From NCBI RefSeq assembly GCF_003966335.1, contig NZ_CP034549.1:1590001-1622000 (forward strand): a DNA stretch of 32,000 nt. Direction: 5' to 3'. Positions 17,477-27,009 of the stretch are shown here, piece by piece; within the stretch, counting starts at the first letter, position 1; the number at the start of each line of letters is the position of its first letter. The notes beneath the pieces were generated by a model that was given only the letters and a program-made list of their open reading frames with translations, ran no database searches and had not been told where the DNA came from. Position numbers and translations under genes: made by a program. The DNA comes from Nonlabens ponticola (GTDB lineage Bacteria > Bacteroidota > Bacteroidia > Flavobacteriales > Flavobacteriaceae).

Positions 17477-18577
17477 TTACAGGTCTTGTGTAAGTTTCTT
17501 TACGATCTTGTACTCGCTCAAGAATTCCTTAGAAATCACTTTGATAGCTGTGTACGTTGGGATTGCCAGCACTAATCCCATAACGCCAAACAGTAATCCA
17601 GCAATGAGAATCACAATGAATATCTCTAACGGATGAGACTTTACAGACTTACCAAAAATGAGCGGCTGATTGAGAAAATTATCAATGAGCTGGATGATGG
17701 CATAACCTATTCCTACCACAATTAATTTGGGTAAGATCACCTCAGTAAAGTTGGCTCCTAGGTTATCGCTTATTACAAATGCACCCATTAGCAGTACGCC
17801 AATGGCAGGTCCTAGGTAGGGTATCAAATTAAGCAGCGCACAGAAGAATGCAATTATGACTGCATTTTCTACGCCCAAGGCAAGTAGAATAACACTGTAG
17901 AGAACAAAAAGAATAAGGACCTGAAATATGAGGCCGATAAAATATCGAGAGAGCAGTTGCTTGATTTTAGTAAATGCTCTTAAAAATTGACCTTCGTTTC
18001 CTTTTTTAGAAAAAACCAAAACACCTTCAAGTAACAACCGACTGTCCTTAAGTAGGAAAAATGAAATGAATAAAATGGAGAATAAGCCAATGGTAAATTC
18101 TCCTAGTGTACCAAAGAATCCATTCACAAAGGTTGGGACAATCTCCATATCAAAATTTCTATAGAACTCCTGCTGTTTTATTCTGTCTAAAACGTTGACG
18201 CGCTCAATACCAAAGTAGTTGCTTATTTCCTGATTAAGAACCTCTAGTTGCTCTTTGACCTGTTCTACATCTATACGAGAAATGTTCTCACTTTGCTCTG
18301 TAATTATAGGTATCACTAATAAAATAATACCGACGATGATGCAAAATATCGATAACAGCGTCACAATAACAGCTAGCGTATTAGGGAAATTGAGCTTGTC
18401 CCTTAAGAATAGGACAATAGGTCTTCCTATCAATGAAACGACTGCAGCAACACCTATATATAATAGAACCGATTGTATTTCATATAAAAACCATAGCAAT
18501 GCAAATACACCAGCAATGACAAGAAGTGCCCTAAGTAGGCCAAAGGCGATTATACGCGGCGTAATGTTCTTGCTCAT
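17477..18577 (-). CDS. AI-2E family transporter (PerM-like permease)
   Basis: 366 aa polytopic membrane protein with the typical AI-2E/UPF0118 helix layout and a C-terminal amphipathic tail. Confidence 0.8.
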   Translation of the reverse strand: MSKNITPRIIAFGLLRALLVIAGVFALLWFLYEIQSVLLYIGVAAVVSLIGRPIVLFLRDKLNFPNTLAVIVTLLSIFCIIVGIILLVIPIITEQSENISRIDVEQVKEQLEVLNQEISNYFGIERVNVLDRIKQQEFYRNFDMEIVPTFVNGFFGTLGEFTIGLFSILFISFFLLKDSRLLLEGVLVFSKKGNEGQFLRAFTKIKQLLSRYFIGLIFQVLILFVLYSVILLALGVENAVIIAFFCALLNLIPYLGPAIGVLLMGAFVISDNLGANFTEVILPKLIVVGIGYAIIQLIDNFLNQPLIFGKSVKSHPLEIFIVILIAGLLFGVMGLVLAIPTYTAIKVISKEFLSEYKIVKKLTQDL

Positions 18578-18584
18578 ACAGCAG

Positions 18585-19238
18585 TTAGTTGGTAAAAACG
18601 TACTTCACAATATTAGCACCCATATCTAGAGCCTTGCGTCGCACCTCTGGTGGATCATTGTGAACTTCTGGACTTTCCCAGCCATCACCTAGATCGCTTT
18701 CAAAAGTAAATAAAAGTAATAGCCTGTTATCCTTAAATATTCCCAATGCTTGTGGTCTTTTTCCATCGTGTTCATGAATTTTAGGTAATCCTTGAGGAAA
18801 ATTCTTGTAGCTGTTAAATATGGGATGTGAGGCTGGTAGCTCTTGTAAAGGCAGGTCAGGAAATAATCTCACCAATTCTTTTTCTAAAAAAGGCTTCATA
18901 CCGTAATTGTCATCGATATGTAAGAAACCACCACTTAGTAGATATTTTCTCAGATTTTCTATTTGTTGATCGTCAAATACAACATTACCATGACCTGTCA
19001 TATGAATAAATGGATACTGAAATATTTGTGCACTTTGCGGCGTTACAATATCAACTTGTGTTTGAATGCTTGTTTCCAGCACATCGTTACAGTATTCTAT
19101 CAAATTGGGAACCGCGGTAGGATTTGAATACCAGTCGCCACCGCCATCATATTTGAGTACCGCAAATTGTTGAGCGCTTACCATGCTGCAAGCCAACATG
19201 ATTACAAAAAATAAAAAAGTTTTACTCAAAATTGACAT
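18585..19238 (-). CDS. DUF4159-like exported protein
   Basis: 217 aa with a signal peptide (FLFFVIMLACSMVSAQQ). It contains KYDGGGDWYSNP and HMTGHG motifs that I associate with DUF4159. Confidence 0.7.
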   Translation of the reverse strand: MSILSKTFLFFVIMLACSMVSAQQFAVLKYDGGGDWYSNPTAVPNLIEYCNDVLETSIQTQVDIVTPQSAQIFQYPFIHMTGHGNVVFDDQQIENLRKYLLSGGFLHIDDNYGMKPFLEKELVRLFPDLPLQELPASHPIFNSYKNFPQGLPKIHEHDGKRPQALGIFKDNRLLLLFTFESDLGDGWESPEVHNDPPEVRRKALDMGANIVKYVFTN

Positions 19239-19335
19239 TTGTTAATTTATTATTAAAATTATGTTGATTTATCTTGAAATAAGTTCAACATGTTTTTTAC
19301 ATTTAGCTCAACCAAGTAAATCTCTCTCTTTAATT

Positions 19336-20085
19336 ATGGCTTATAAACCACTTACTAGAACCTTGATGCCCATTATTTCTATGCTATGTGCATTTGGAAT
19401 ACTGGCGTTTCAACATAATGAAAACCATGACCAAGATAATTCAATTGTCTCGCAACCTGTGGTTCAAGTTGTTGAATTATTTACCTCGCAAGGTTGTAGT
19501 AGCTGCCCACCAGCAGACAAATTACTAGGAACTATAACGGATAAGGAAAACGTTATTGCCTTGAGCTATCATGTAGATTACTGGAATAGGTTGGGATGGA
19601 AAGATCAATTTAGCGATTCTCAATTCTCTACATACCAACGCAATTATGCTAAAGCATTGAGATCTCGTGTTTACACACCTCAAATGGTGGTTAATGGCAG
19701 CAAAGAGTTTGTAGGTTCAAAGTCAATTGAATTAAAAAAGAATTTGAATTCAAAGTCTATGGTTGATTTATTGACAAAGCCAGAGGTGTCCCGAGAATCC
19801 AATCAACTTATCGCTCAAATAGATCTAACAGAAGCACCTAAGTATCAACAAGCATATGCTCTTGCAGTGCTGGACAAACATGTTACTCAGGTGACGCGTG
19901 GAGAAAATGCGCAAAAACAATTAATCAATTCAAATATCGTCATTGATCGCAAGGCGTTAAATTCAACGAATGCTAATATAACTTTTGATTTACCAGATGA
20001 TCTAAATGGAAGTTATCGTATAGCAATCATTTTGCAGGATGATGATCTCAATATCGTGGGCGCGGCTATGAGCGATGCTTATTGA
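19336..20085 (+). CDS. DUF1223 (thioredoxin-like) domain protein
   Basis: VELFTSQGCSSCPPAD and YHVDYWNRLGWKD are hallmark DUF1223 motifs. The ATG at 19336 yields an N-terminal hydrophobic anchor. The track start at 19261 lies inside a hairpin. Confidence 0.8.
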   Translation: MAYKPLTRTLMPIISMLCAFGILAFQHNENHDQDNSIVSQPVVQVVELFTSQGCSSCPPADKLLGTITDKENVIALSYHVDYWNRLGWKDQFSDSQFSTYQRNYAKALRSRVYTPQMVVNGSKEFVGSKSIELKKNLNSKSMVDLLTKPEVSRESNQLIAQIDLTEAPKYQQAYALAVLDKHVTQVTRGENAQKQLINSNIVIDRKALNSTNANITFDLPDDLNGSYRIAIILQDDDLNIVGAAMSDAY

Positions 20086-20779
20086 TCAAATTAAAGGCAG
20101 TTACGGCATAGATGCCTGCGGTTTCAGTGCGTAATCTATTATTACCCAGAGCTATGGGAATAAAATCTGATTCTATAGCTTTCTTTATTTCTTGCGTTGA
20201 AAAATCTCCTTCTGGACCTATAAGGATGCATGCATCTTTATTCACTTCCAGCGCATCATCAATAAAAGTTTTATCCTGATCCTCACAATGTGCGATAAAT
20301 CGATTTCCAAGCTTTTGAATTTCTAAAAATTCATCAATGCTAGTCAGCTTATTGATTACTGGTTTGTGAAACTGCAAAGATTGTTTCATGGCACTTATCG
20401 CTATCCTATCAAATCGCTCTACATTGATCTTGCGGCGCTCACTATTCTCACATAGAATAGGAGTGATGGTGGTGATACCCATTTCAGTTGCTTTTTCAAT
20501 GAACCATTCCATTCGGTCGTTCATCTTGGTAGGTGCAATGGCAATGTGCAGTTCAGGTTGAGGTCGTGAGACGTGCTTTATATGAGTCAATTCTATCACG
20601 GTACGATTAGAAGTAATACTATCTATCTTGCCGTTAAATAGATCTCCTAGACCATTTGTGATATTGATTTGATCACCAGCTTTTTTTCTCAAGACTTTTG
20701 TCATGTGTCTCGTGTCCTCCTTTTCTAGAGATAAATTGCTTACATCTCGTGATGCCTGTGGGTAATAAAAGAGCTGCAT
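20066..20779 (-). CDS. rsmE: 16S rRNA (uracil1498-N3)-methyltransferase
   Basis: 237 aa with N-terminus MQLFY, a PUA-like N-domain, and GPEGDFS in the SPOUT C-domain. The start overlaps the tsaD stop by 1 nt. Confidence 0.88.
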   Translation of the reverse strand: MQLFYYPQASRDVSNLSLEKEDTRHMTKVLRKKAGDQINITNGLGDLFNGKIDSITSNRTVIELTHIKHVSRPQPELHIAIAPTKMNDRMEWFIEKATEMGITTITPILCENSERRKINVERFDRIAISAMKQSLQFHKPVINKLTSIDEFLEIQKLGNRFIAHCEDQDKTFIDDALEVNKDACILIGPEGDFSTQEIKKAIESDFIPIALGNNRLRTETAGIYAVTAFNLINKHRS

Positions 20780-21795
20780 TACATGGACATTCTAGGTGAA
20801 GAAGTACTTGAAAGGTCAGTAAAATCTTTTTGTAAATATTTGAAATAACCAGAAATACCTATCATCGCAGCGTTATCTGTGGTGTATTCAAAAGGTGGCA
20901 TAAAAACCTTCCATCCTTTTTCTCGTTTGGCCAGTAGTCGCTCCCTTATTCCAGAATTCGCCGACACGCCACCACCTATCGCAACCTGCTTGATACCAGT
21001 TTGCTTCACTGCTTTGTCCAGTTTTTGAAAAAGTATTTCTATGATGGTATATTGAATGGATGCGCACAAATCTTCTAGGTTGTTCTTGATGAAGTCTGGA
21101 TCCTTTTGCGTCTGCTTCTGCAAGAAATACAAGACGCTGGTCTTAAAACCGCTGAAACTATAGTCCAGATCAGGAGCAGTTGGTATGGGAAACTTAAAGG
21201 CTTTGGCATTTCCCTTTCGCGCAAGCTTATCTATCATAGGACCAGCAGGATAATCTAGTCCCATAAGTTTACCTGATTTATCAAATGCTTCACCTACTGC
21301 GTCATCCATCGTGCTGCCTATCACTTGCATATCGTGATAGTCGTTTACCTTCACAATTTGAGTGTGACCACCGCTTATTGTCAATGCAAGAAAAGGAAAT
21401 TGAGGTTTTTCTTGACCACTATCAATAAAATGAGCGAGAATATGCGCCTGCATGTGATGCACTGCAATAAGAGGAATGTCCAGCGCGAGAGATAGCGATT
21501 TTGCAAAGCTGCTACCTACCAGTAAACTACCCATAAGTCCAGGTCCTTGAGTATAAGCGATTGCGGAAAGTTGACTTTTTGATATTCCTGCTTTTTTAAT
21601 CGCTTGATCTACAACAGGAATTATATTAGATTGATGTGCCCTTGAGGCGAGCTCTGGTACAACACCACCGTACTGTTCATGCACTTTTTGGCTTGCTGTA
21701 ACGTTTGATAATACTTGATCATTCTTGAGAATCGCGCATGAGGTGTCATCGCAAGAAGATTCTATGGCAAGTAGGTATGAAAATTGCTGTGGCAT
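20779..21795 (-). CDS. tsaD: tRNA N6-adenosine threonylcarbamoyltransferase
   Basis: 338 aa with ILAIESSCDDTS, metal-binding HHMQAH and GGGVSANS motifs. Confidence 0.95.
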   Translation of the reverse strand: MPQQFSYLLAIESSCDDTSCAILKNDQVLSNVTASQKVHEQYGGVVPELASRAHQSNIIPVVDQAIKKAGISKSQLSAIAYTQGPGLMGSLLVGSSFAKSLSLALDIPLIAVHHMQAHILAHFIDSGQEKPQFPFLALTISGGHTQIVKVNDYHDMQVIGSTMDDAVGEAFDKSGKLMGLDYPAGPMIDKLARKGNAKAFKFPIPTAPDLDYSFSGFKTSVLYFLQKQTQKDPDFIKNNLEDLCASIQYTIIEILFQKLDKAVKQTGIKQVAIGGGVSANSGIRERLLAKREKGWKVFMPPFEYTTDNAAMIGISGYFKYLQKDFTDLSSTSSPRMSM

Positions 21796-21903
21796 AGCGG
21801 TTAGCGCCTAGAAATTGGTAATCTTTGCAAAAGTAAATGATCTATTATTAAAAAGCTTTTTAAAATACTGGGCAGGATTCTCCTGATATTCATCGCATTA
21901 TTT

Positions 21904-24900
21904 GTGATCCTAGTGGTGGCTTTTTCATTCCCTAGCGTACAAACGGCGACCGCAAAGCGTTTGACTAGATACTTGAATGATACTTATGACGTCGATGTTG
22001 CCATCGATCGTGTAGCGATTACTTACTCTGGTGATATAGAATTATTAAGATCTCGTGCGCTTGATGAGCGTCAAGACACTATTTTCTCCTTCCAATCCTT
22101 ATCCTCAAGCGTTGCCAGTTTCTCAACTTTATTGACGCCTAATCCCATTATAGGAGATGTGACTATTGACAGCCTTTATTTTAATATGAAGCGTTATGAA
22201 GGCGATGAGAGCGATAATCTTACATCTTTCTTACGCAAGTTTGCACAGGAACCCAATCCTGATGCGCCACCTTTTACTTTGACCACTGGCGACGTGAATA
22301 TCACCAACAGTCGTATAAGTATTATCGACGAGAACAACGAGTATCCACTGCTTTTTGGCGCACGTGATTTCAATATTGAGGCAAGTGACTTCAAAATTGA
22401 TGGTTCTCAAATATTTGCAGATATTCAGCAAGCAAATTTCACCATGTCTATTGACGCGGTGAGCGCTCGCAACGGCGGTCAAGGCATGGAGATTAAGGAT
22501 CTGGCCGCAGACTTTTATTACTCACCATCACAAATAAAAGCTGGAGACTTGAGGCTTGAGACTCGCGGTTCTCTGGTAAAAGGAGATTTGCAGTTTGACT
22601 ACACACGAGAGGATTTTGCACAGTTTGTTGAGAAGGTTGAATGGACATTTGACATACAAGAAGGTTCTTTTGTTACTACCAATGATATCAGGATCTTTTA
22701 TGATGAGCTCGTTGCAAATGAAGATATTCAGGTAACTGGATTCATGACTGGTACGCTCAACGATTTTAAGGTCGATGGATTAAGAATGCAGGCGCTCAAC
22801 GATTTGAATATCGATGGCGATATGAGTTTTAAAAACTTGATTATTAATAATGAGGAATTTGTAATTGACGGTGATTTTAATCAATTACAGGTAAGTAACC
22901 GTGATTTAAAGACGTTGCTTCCTAATATTTTAGGGACTAGATTACCTAATAGTCTCAACCAATTGGGAGCTGTAAATGCCCACGGTTATGGACTTGTAGA
23001 TAGAAATACCGTGGTAAGTCGATTGTCGGGAAATACGCGTCAGGGTAGCTTTGGTACAGATTTGCGGTTGACGGAAATAGGTTCTAGCGCCATAGGTTAT
23101 CAAGGAAATATAAGAGCCAATAATCTTAATTTAAGGTCACTGACTGATGTCAAATCATTGGGCAAAACATCGCTCAACCTTAATGTAACTGGTCGTGGAT
23201 TTGATCCTAACACAGCCAGATTATCATTGGATGGTAAGATCTCACAATTTGAATATAATGGTTATGTCTATCGGAACCTGAAAATTGATGGAGACTTACG
23301 CAAACCGGTTTTTAATGGAAAGCTGGTTGTGAACGATCCTAATTTGCAGTTAGATTTTGATGGGTTGGTAGATGTATCTAATGAGATCAATACCTATGAC
23401 TTCAAGGCCTCCATCGATTATGCAGATTTGCGTGCCACAAACATTTTCACCCGTGATTCTACTGCAATTGTTAAAGGTGATATCGTGATTGATATGCATG
23501 GCACCACAATCAATGATGCCGAAGGGACGATCAACTTTACCGATGCTAGTTATCGCAACGACAACGACACCTACTTTTTTGAGGATTTTGCCATTGAGAG
23601 TAGTTTTCAAGATGACAATAGGTTGATCACTATTAACTCGCCGGACATCATTGAAGGTGAGGTTTCTGGTCAGTTCAAGATTGAGGAGATTCCAGAATTA
23701 TTTAAGAATAGTATCGGTAATGTGTACACTAATTATCGATCTGAGAACATCACACAGGATCAGTTTCTGGATTATGAATTCAAGATTTATGATAAGATCG
23801 TGGATTTGATTTTTCCTGATATAGCTCTAGGCGAAAACACAATTCTCAAAGGCCAGGTTGCAAGTAATGAGGCACAGTTCAAAATGACCTTTAGAACACC
23901 ACGTATCAAGATATTCGACCTAGATCTTAAACAAGTAAATGTTCAGGTCAATAACCAAAATCCTTTATTCAACACCTATATTAAGATTGATGACGTAAAC
24001 AACGGTGTTTATGATTTGAATGATTTTAAACTCATCAATGTTACTAAACAGGATACGCTACTCTTCCGTACTGAGTTTGCTAGCGAGCAGCGAGACACAG
24101 ATAAGTACAACCTGAGTTTTTACCACACGATTAATGATGAGAACAAATCGGTCGTTGGAATACGTAAAAGTGATTTAAAATATCAAGGTAAAAAATGGGT
24201 CATCAATCCAGCGGCAGATAACGTTAAGCTCACTTTTGATAATAATTTTACCAATTTCAAGCTGGACACACTCAGGCTACAGCATCTTAATGAAAAAATT
24301 ACTGTAGCTGGTATGCTTGAAGGAAAAGAGACTAAAGACGTTAGCCTAAACTTTGACGGCGTGCGCATCTCGAGTCTCACAGCACCCATTGACAGCCTTA
24401 AGATGCGCGGTAGAATCGATGGTGATGTCAACCTAAAACAGATAGCTGGAAACTATGCACCTTCCAGCAACTTTAGCATCAGTGATTTTGAGGTCAATAA
24501 TACACCACTAGGCGATTTTGATTTGCTGGTTGAGGGAAATGAGGATCTAAGCCAGTTTAATGTAGATGCCCAACTCAAAAATGACAAGTCACGTACGATG
24601 AGCGCGTCTGGCTTTATTAATACATCTGGAGATTATTCTACCATTGATGTGCAAACTAGATTTGATGAATTCAATCTAGTCGCATTAAGTCCGCTAGGTG
24701 GTATCGTAATCGACGATATACGTGGATTTGCCAGTGGTCTAGCGACCATCAAAGGCAAACTGACTGAGCCAGATGTAGAAGGTGAGCTTAAACTGCGCGA
24801 GGCAGGACTGCGAGTTCCTTACCTTAATACAGACTTTGATTTTGAAGATAACGAGACCGTGCAAATCACTAGCAATAGTTTTGATTTTGGTACCATTAAC

Positions 24901-26301
24901 TTGCGTGATACAAAATATAATACCACAGGAACTTTATCAGGCTCGATCAATCATGTAAACTTTGGATTCTGGGAATTAGATCTAGCATTAGAATCAGATC
25001 GATTATTAGTTCTTGATACTGAACTTACTGAAGAATCGCTTTACTATGGTACTGCCTTCATTGACGGACGAGCTACCATCACAGGTCCAACTACAGGACT
25101 GTTTATTGATGTCACAGCGACTACTGGTGATGGAACCATTTTTAAAATCCCAATTGATGACGGTGAATCGTTAAGCGATACCTCTGCGATATACTTTTTG
25201 AGTCCAGAAGAAAAGGCAGCCAGATTATCAGGAAAACCAATCAAAATAAATAATGTCAGTGGTCTTGAATTAAGATTTGATCTTGAGGTAACACCAACAG
25301 CCGAGGTTGAAATCACCGTTGATCCAACAAATGGTAGTTACTTGCGAGGTAGCGGTTACGGTAATTTACTTTTAGAGATCAATACTAACGGTAAGTTTGT
25401 CATGAACGGTGACTTCATCGTTACCGAAGGTATCTATAACTTCAAATATGCAGGTCTGGTAAACAAGGAATTTATCATTGAGCCCGGTGGTACCGTTGAC
25501 TGGAATGGTGACCCGACTAATGCAAATATCGATGTGAGTGCATCATATGCTACCAGAGCTAATCCATCTGTACTATTAGACAACCCTAACTTGAATGCTC
25601 AGATACCGGTTGAGGTAATCACTAGACTGGAAGGTGACCTGAGTTTCTTTGATCCAGAGTTTGAAATCACATTCCCTAATGCAAATAGTGTTGTAAAATC
25701 AGAACTTCAATACCGACTGGAAGATAAATCGCAACGTCAGCTACAAGCTTTATCTCTAGTTACCTCAGGTTCTTTTTACAATCCAAATAGTATTGGTCAA
25801 AATGCTGTTACTGGTAATATTGTAGAAAGTGTTTCCAGTATCGTGAACGATATTGTAAGTAGTGGTGATAGTAGGCTGGACTTTGGAGTAACTTATGAAG
25901 CATCAGAGCGTAATCCTAATAGTGATTTTCAGCGGTCAGATCGATTTGGTATCACGCTGACAACTCAAATAAACGATCGTGTATTCATTAACGGTAAGCT
26001 AGGTGTTCCCGTAGGTAGTACTACCGCTACAGAGCGTGCCATTATAGGTAATGTAGAAATTGAATTCCTACTCAATCAAACTGGATCGCTGCGCCTCAAG
26101 ATTTTCAATAGGGAAAATGCACTGCAGCAAATAGGCCAACAAGAAGGATATGCACAAGGTGTAGGCCTTGAATACAGTATTGACTTTAACAGCTTGCAAG
26201 AACTGTATCAAAAGGTTTTCTATAAGACCTTAACTAAAGAACCTGCCAGAAAGAAAATCGAGACTGAAGAAGAATTCATTACAGAGCCTACTGAGAAATA
26301 G
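21904..26301 (+). CDS. tamB: Translocation/assembly module protein TamB (DUF490 C-terminus)
   Basis: 1465 aa from the GTG at 21904, beta-rich and repetitive with a DUF490-like C-terminal region. The frame is open from 21841 and encodes a TM helix (KKLFKILGRILLIFIALFVILVVAF), so the true start is probably upstream (see the tamB start finding, 21837-21906). Confidence 0.88.
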   Translation: MILVVAFSFPSVQTATAKRLTRYLNDTYDVDVAIDRVAITYSGDIELLRSRALDERQDTIFSFQSLSSSVASFSTLLTPNPIIGDVTIDSLYFNMKRYEGDESDNLTSFLRKFAQEPNPDAPPFTLTTGDVNITNSRISIIDENNEYPLLFGARDFNIEASDFKIDGSQIFADIQQANFTMSIDAVSARNGGQGMEIKDLAADFYYSPSQIKAGDLRLETRGSLVKGDLQFDYTREDFAQFVEKVEWTFDIQEGSFVTTNDIRIFYDELVANEDIQVTGFMTGTLNDFKVDGLRMQALNDLNIDGDMSFKNLIINNEEFVIDGDFNQLQVSNRDLKTLLPNILGTRLPNSLNQLGAVNAHGYGLVDRNTVVSRLSGNTRQGSFGTDLRLTEIGSSAIGYQGNIRANNLNLRSLTDVKSLGKTSLNLNVTGRGFDPNTARLSLDGKISQFEYNGYVYRNLKIDGDLRKPVFNGKLVVNDPNLQLDFDGLVDVSNEINTYDFKASIDYADLRATNIFTRDSTAIVKGDIVIDMHGTTINDAEGTINFTDASYRNDNDTYFFEDFAIESSFQDDNRLITINSPDIIEGEVSGQFKIEEIPELFKNSIGNVYTNYRSENITQDQFLDYEFKIYDKIVDLIFPDIALGENTILKGQVASNEAQFKMTFRTPRIKIFDLDLKQVNVQVNNQNPLFNTYIKIDDVNNGVYDLNDFKLINVTKQDTLLFRTEFASEQRDTDKYNLSFYHTINDENKSVVGIRKSDLKYQGKKWVINPAADNVKLTFDNNFTNFKLDTLRLQHLNEKITVAGMLEGKETKDVSLNFDGVRISSLTAPIDSLKMRGRIDGDVNLKQIAGNYAPSSNFSISDFEVNNTPLGDFDLLVEGNEDLSQFNVDAQLKNDKSRTMSASGFINTSGDYSTIDVQTRFDEFNLVALSPLGGIVIDDIRGFASGLATIKGKLTEPDVEGELKLREAGLRVPYLNTDFDFEDNETVQITSNSFDFGTINLRDTKYNTTGTLSGSINHVNFGFWELDLALESDRLLVLDTELTEESLYYGTAFIDGRATITGPTTGLFIDVTATTGDGTIFKIPIDDGESLSDTSAIYFLSPEEKAARLSGKPIKINNVSGLELRFDLEVTPTAEVEITVDPTNGSYLRGSGYGNLLLEINTNGKFVMNGDFIVTEGIYNFKYAGLVNKEFIIEPGGTVDWNGDPTNANIDVSASYATRANPSVLLDNPNLNAQIPVEVITRLEGDLSFFDPEFEITFPNANSVVKSELQYRLEDKSQRQLQALSLVTSGSFYNPNSIGQNAVTGNIVESVSSIVNDIVSSGDSRLDFGVTYEASERNPNSDFQRSDRFGITLTTQINDRVFINGKLGVPVGSTTATERAIIGNVEIEFLLNQTGSLRLKIFNRENALQQIGQQEGYAQGVGLEYSIDFNSLQELYQKVFYKTLTKEPARKKIETEEEFITEPTEK

Positions 26302-26303
26302 GA

Positions 26304-26603
26304 CTATTTAAGCACCAGAGTTTTCACAACCTCTTTGCCCATATGCTCATTGATATTGGTAACGATCTTACTACGACCATAGCTCAATTCTTGTCTTAAG
26401 ACACTACTGGATAAACTCACAATGAGTTTGTCACCATTAAGCTTTACTTGTGTTGTGTAGCTCTCAATTCCTGGTCCCATCACTTCTTTCCATGCATCAT
26501 TAATATCAACCTTTAAGAAGCCACGAGATAGTTTTTTCTGGGATTTAAAGTCGTTGAGTGCCTCACTCATGTTCACAAAGCCGTCTTTTTTATTATTCCT
26601 CAT
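26304..26603 (-). CDS. DUF721 (DciA-like) protein
   Basis: Starting from the ATG at 26603 gives MRNNKKDGFVNMSEALNDF...DAWKEVMGPGIESYT...LSSSVLRQELSYG, typical of the recF-associated DUF721 family. Confidence 0.8.
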   Translation of the reverse strand: MRNNKKDGFVNMSEALNDFKSQKKLSRGFLKVDINDAWKEVMGPGIESYTTQVKLNGDKLIVSLSSSVLRQELSYGRSKIVTNINEHMGKEVVKTLVLK

Positions 26604-27009
26604 AATCTGGTTTGTGAGAGGTATAGTTATAAATAGTGCCATCAGTATGCACTAGCTGTAATGTTTCTTCTGTTGCTTTTTCTACGGTTTGCTTATAGGA
26701 TTGCTCTCCATCTTTAAACTGTAAGATCAAAGCATCATCCATCGCAGACCAACTAAATTTTACCGGATCGCCGTAAACTATAAAAGTCCCATCATAGGTA
26801 GGACTTACCCGACTTTTAGTTCCCTGAGAACCGTTAACTTCAAAAAAGTCCATGTGATTGGTAAAAGGAAATTCCTTGACTTCACCATCATCTTTAACGA
26901 CAGTATCGATCGTCCAGTAGCCTTCAAGATGTTTCAGTTTTTCTACATGATTATTTTGCGAGCATGATGCTAGCAATAAGAATGATAGTAACCCGAATAC
27001 AATTTTCAT
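26593..27009 (-). CDS. Small lipoprotein (lipocalin-like?)
   Basis: MKIVFGLLSFLLLASCSQNN has a lipobox. The protein is 138 aa and beta-rich. The ATGA overlap with the recF stop is 4 nt, and the 3' end overlaps the DUF721 start by 11 nt. Confidence 0.75.
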   Translation of the reverse strand: MKIVFGLLSFLLLASCSQNNHVEKLKHLEGYWTIDTVVKDDGEVKEFPFTNHMDFFEVNGSQGTKSRVSPTYDGTFIVYGDPVKFSWSAMDDALILQFKDGEQSYKQTVEKATEETLQLVHTDGTIYNYTSHKPDYEE

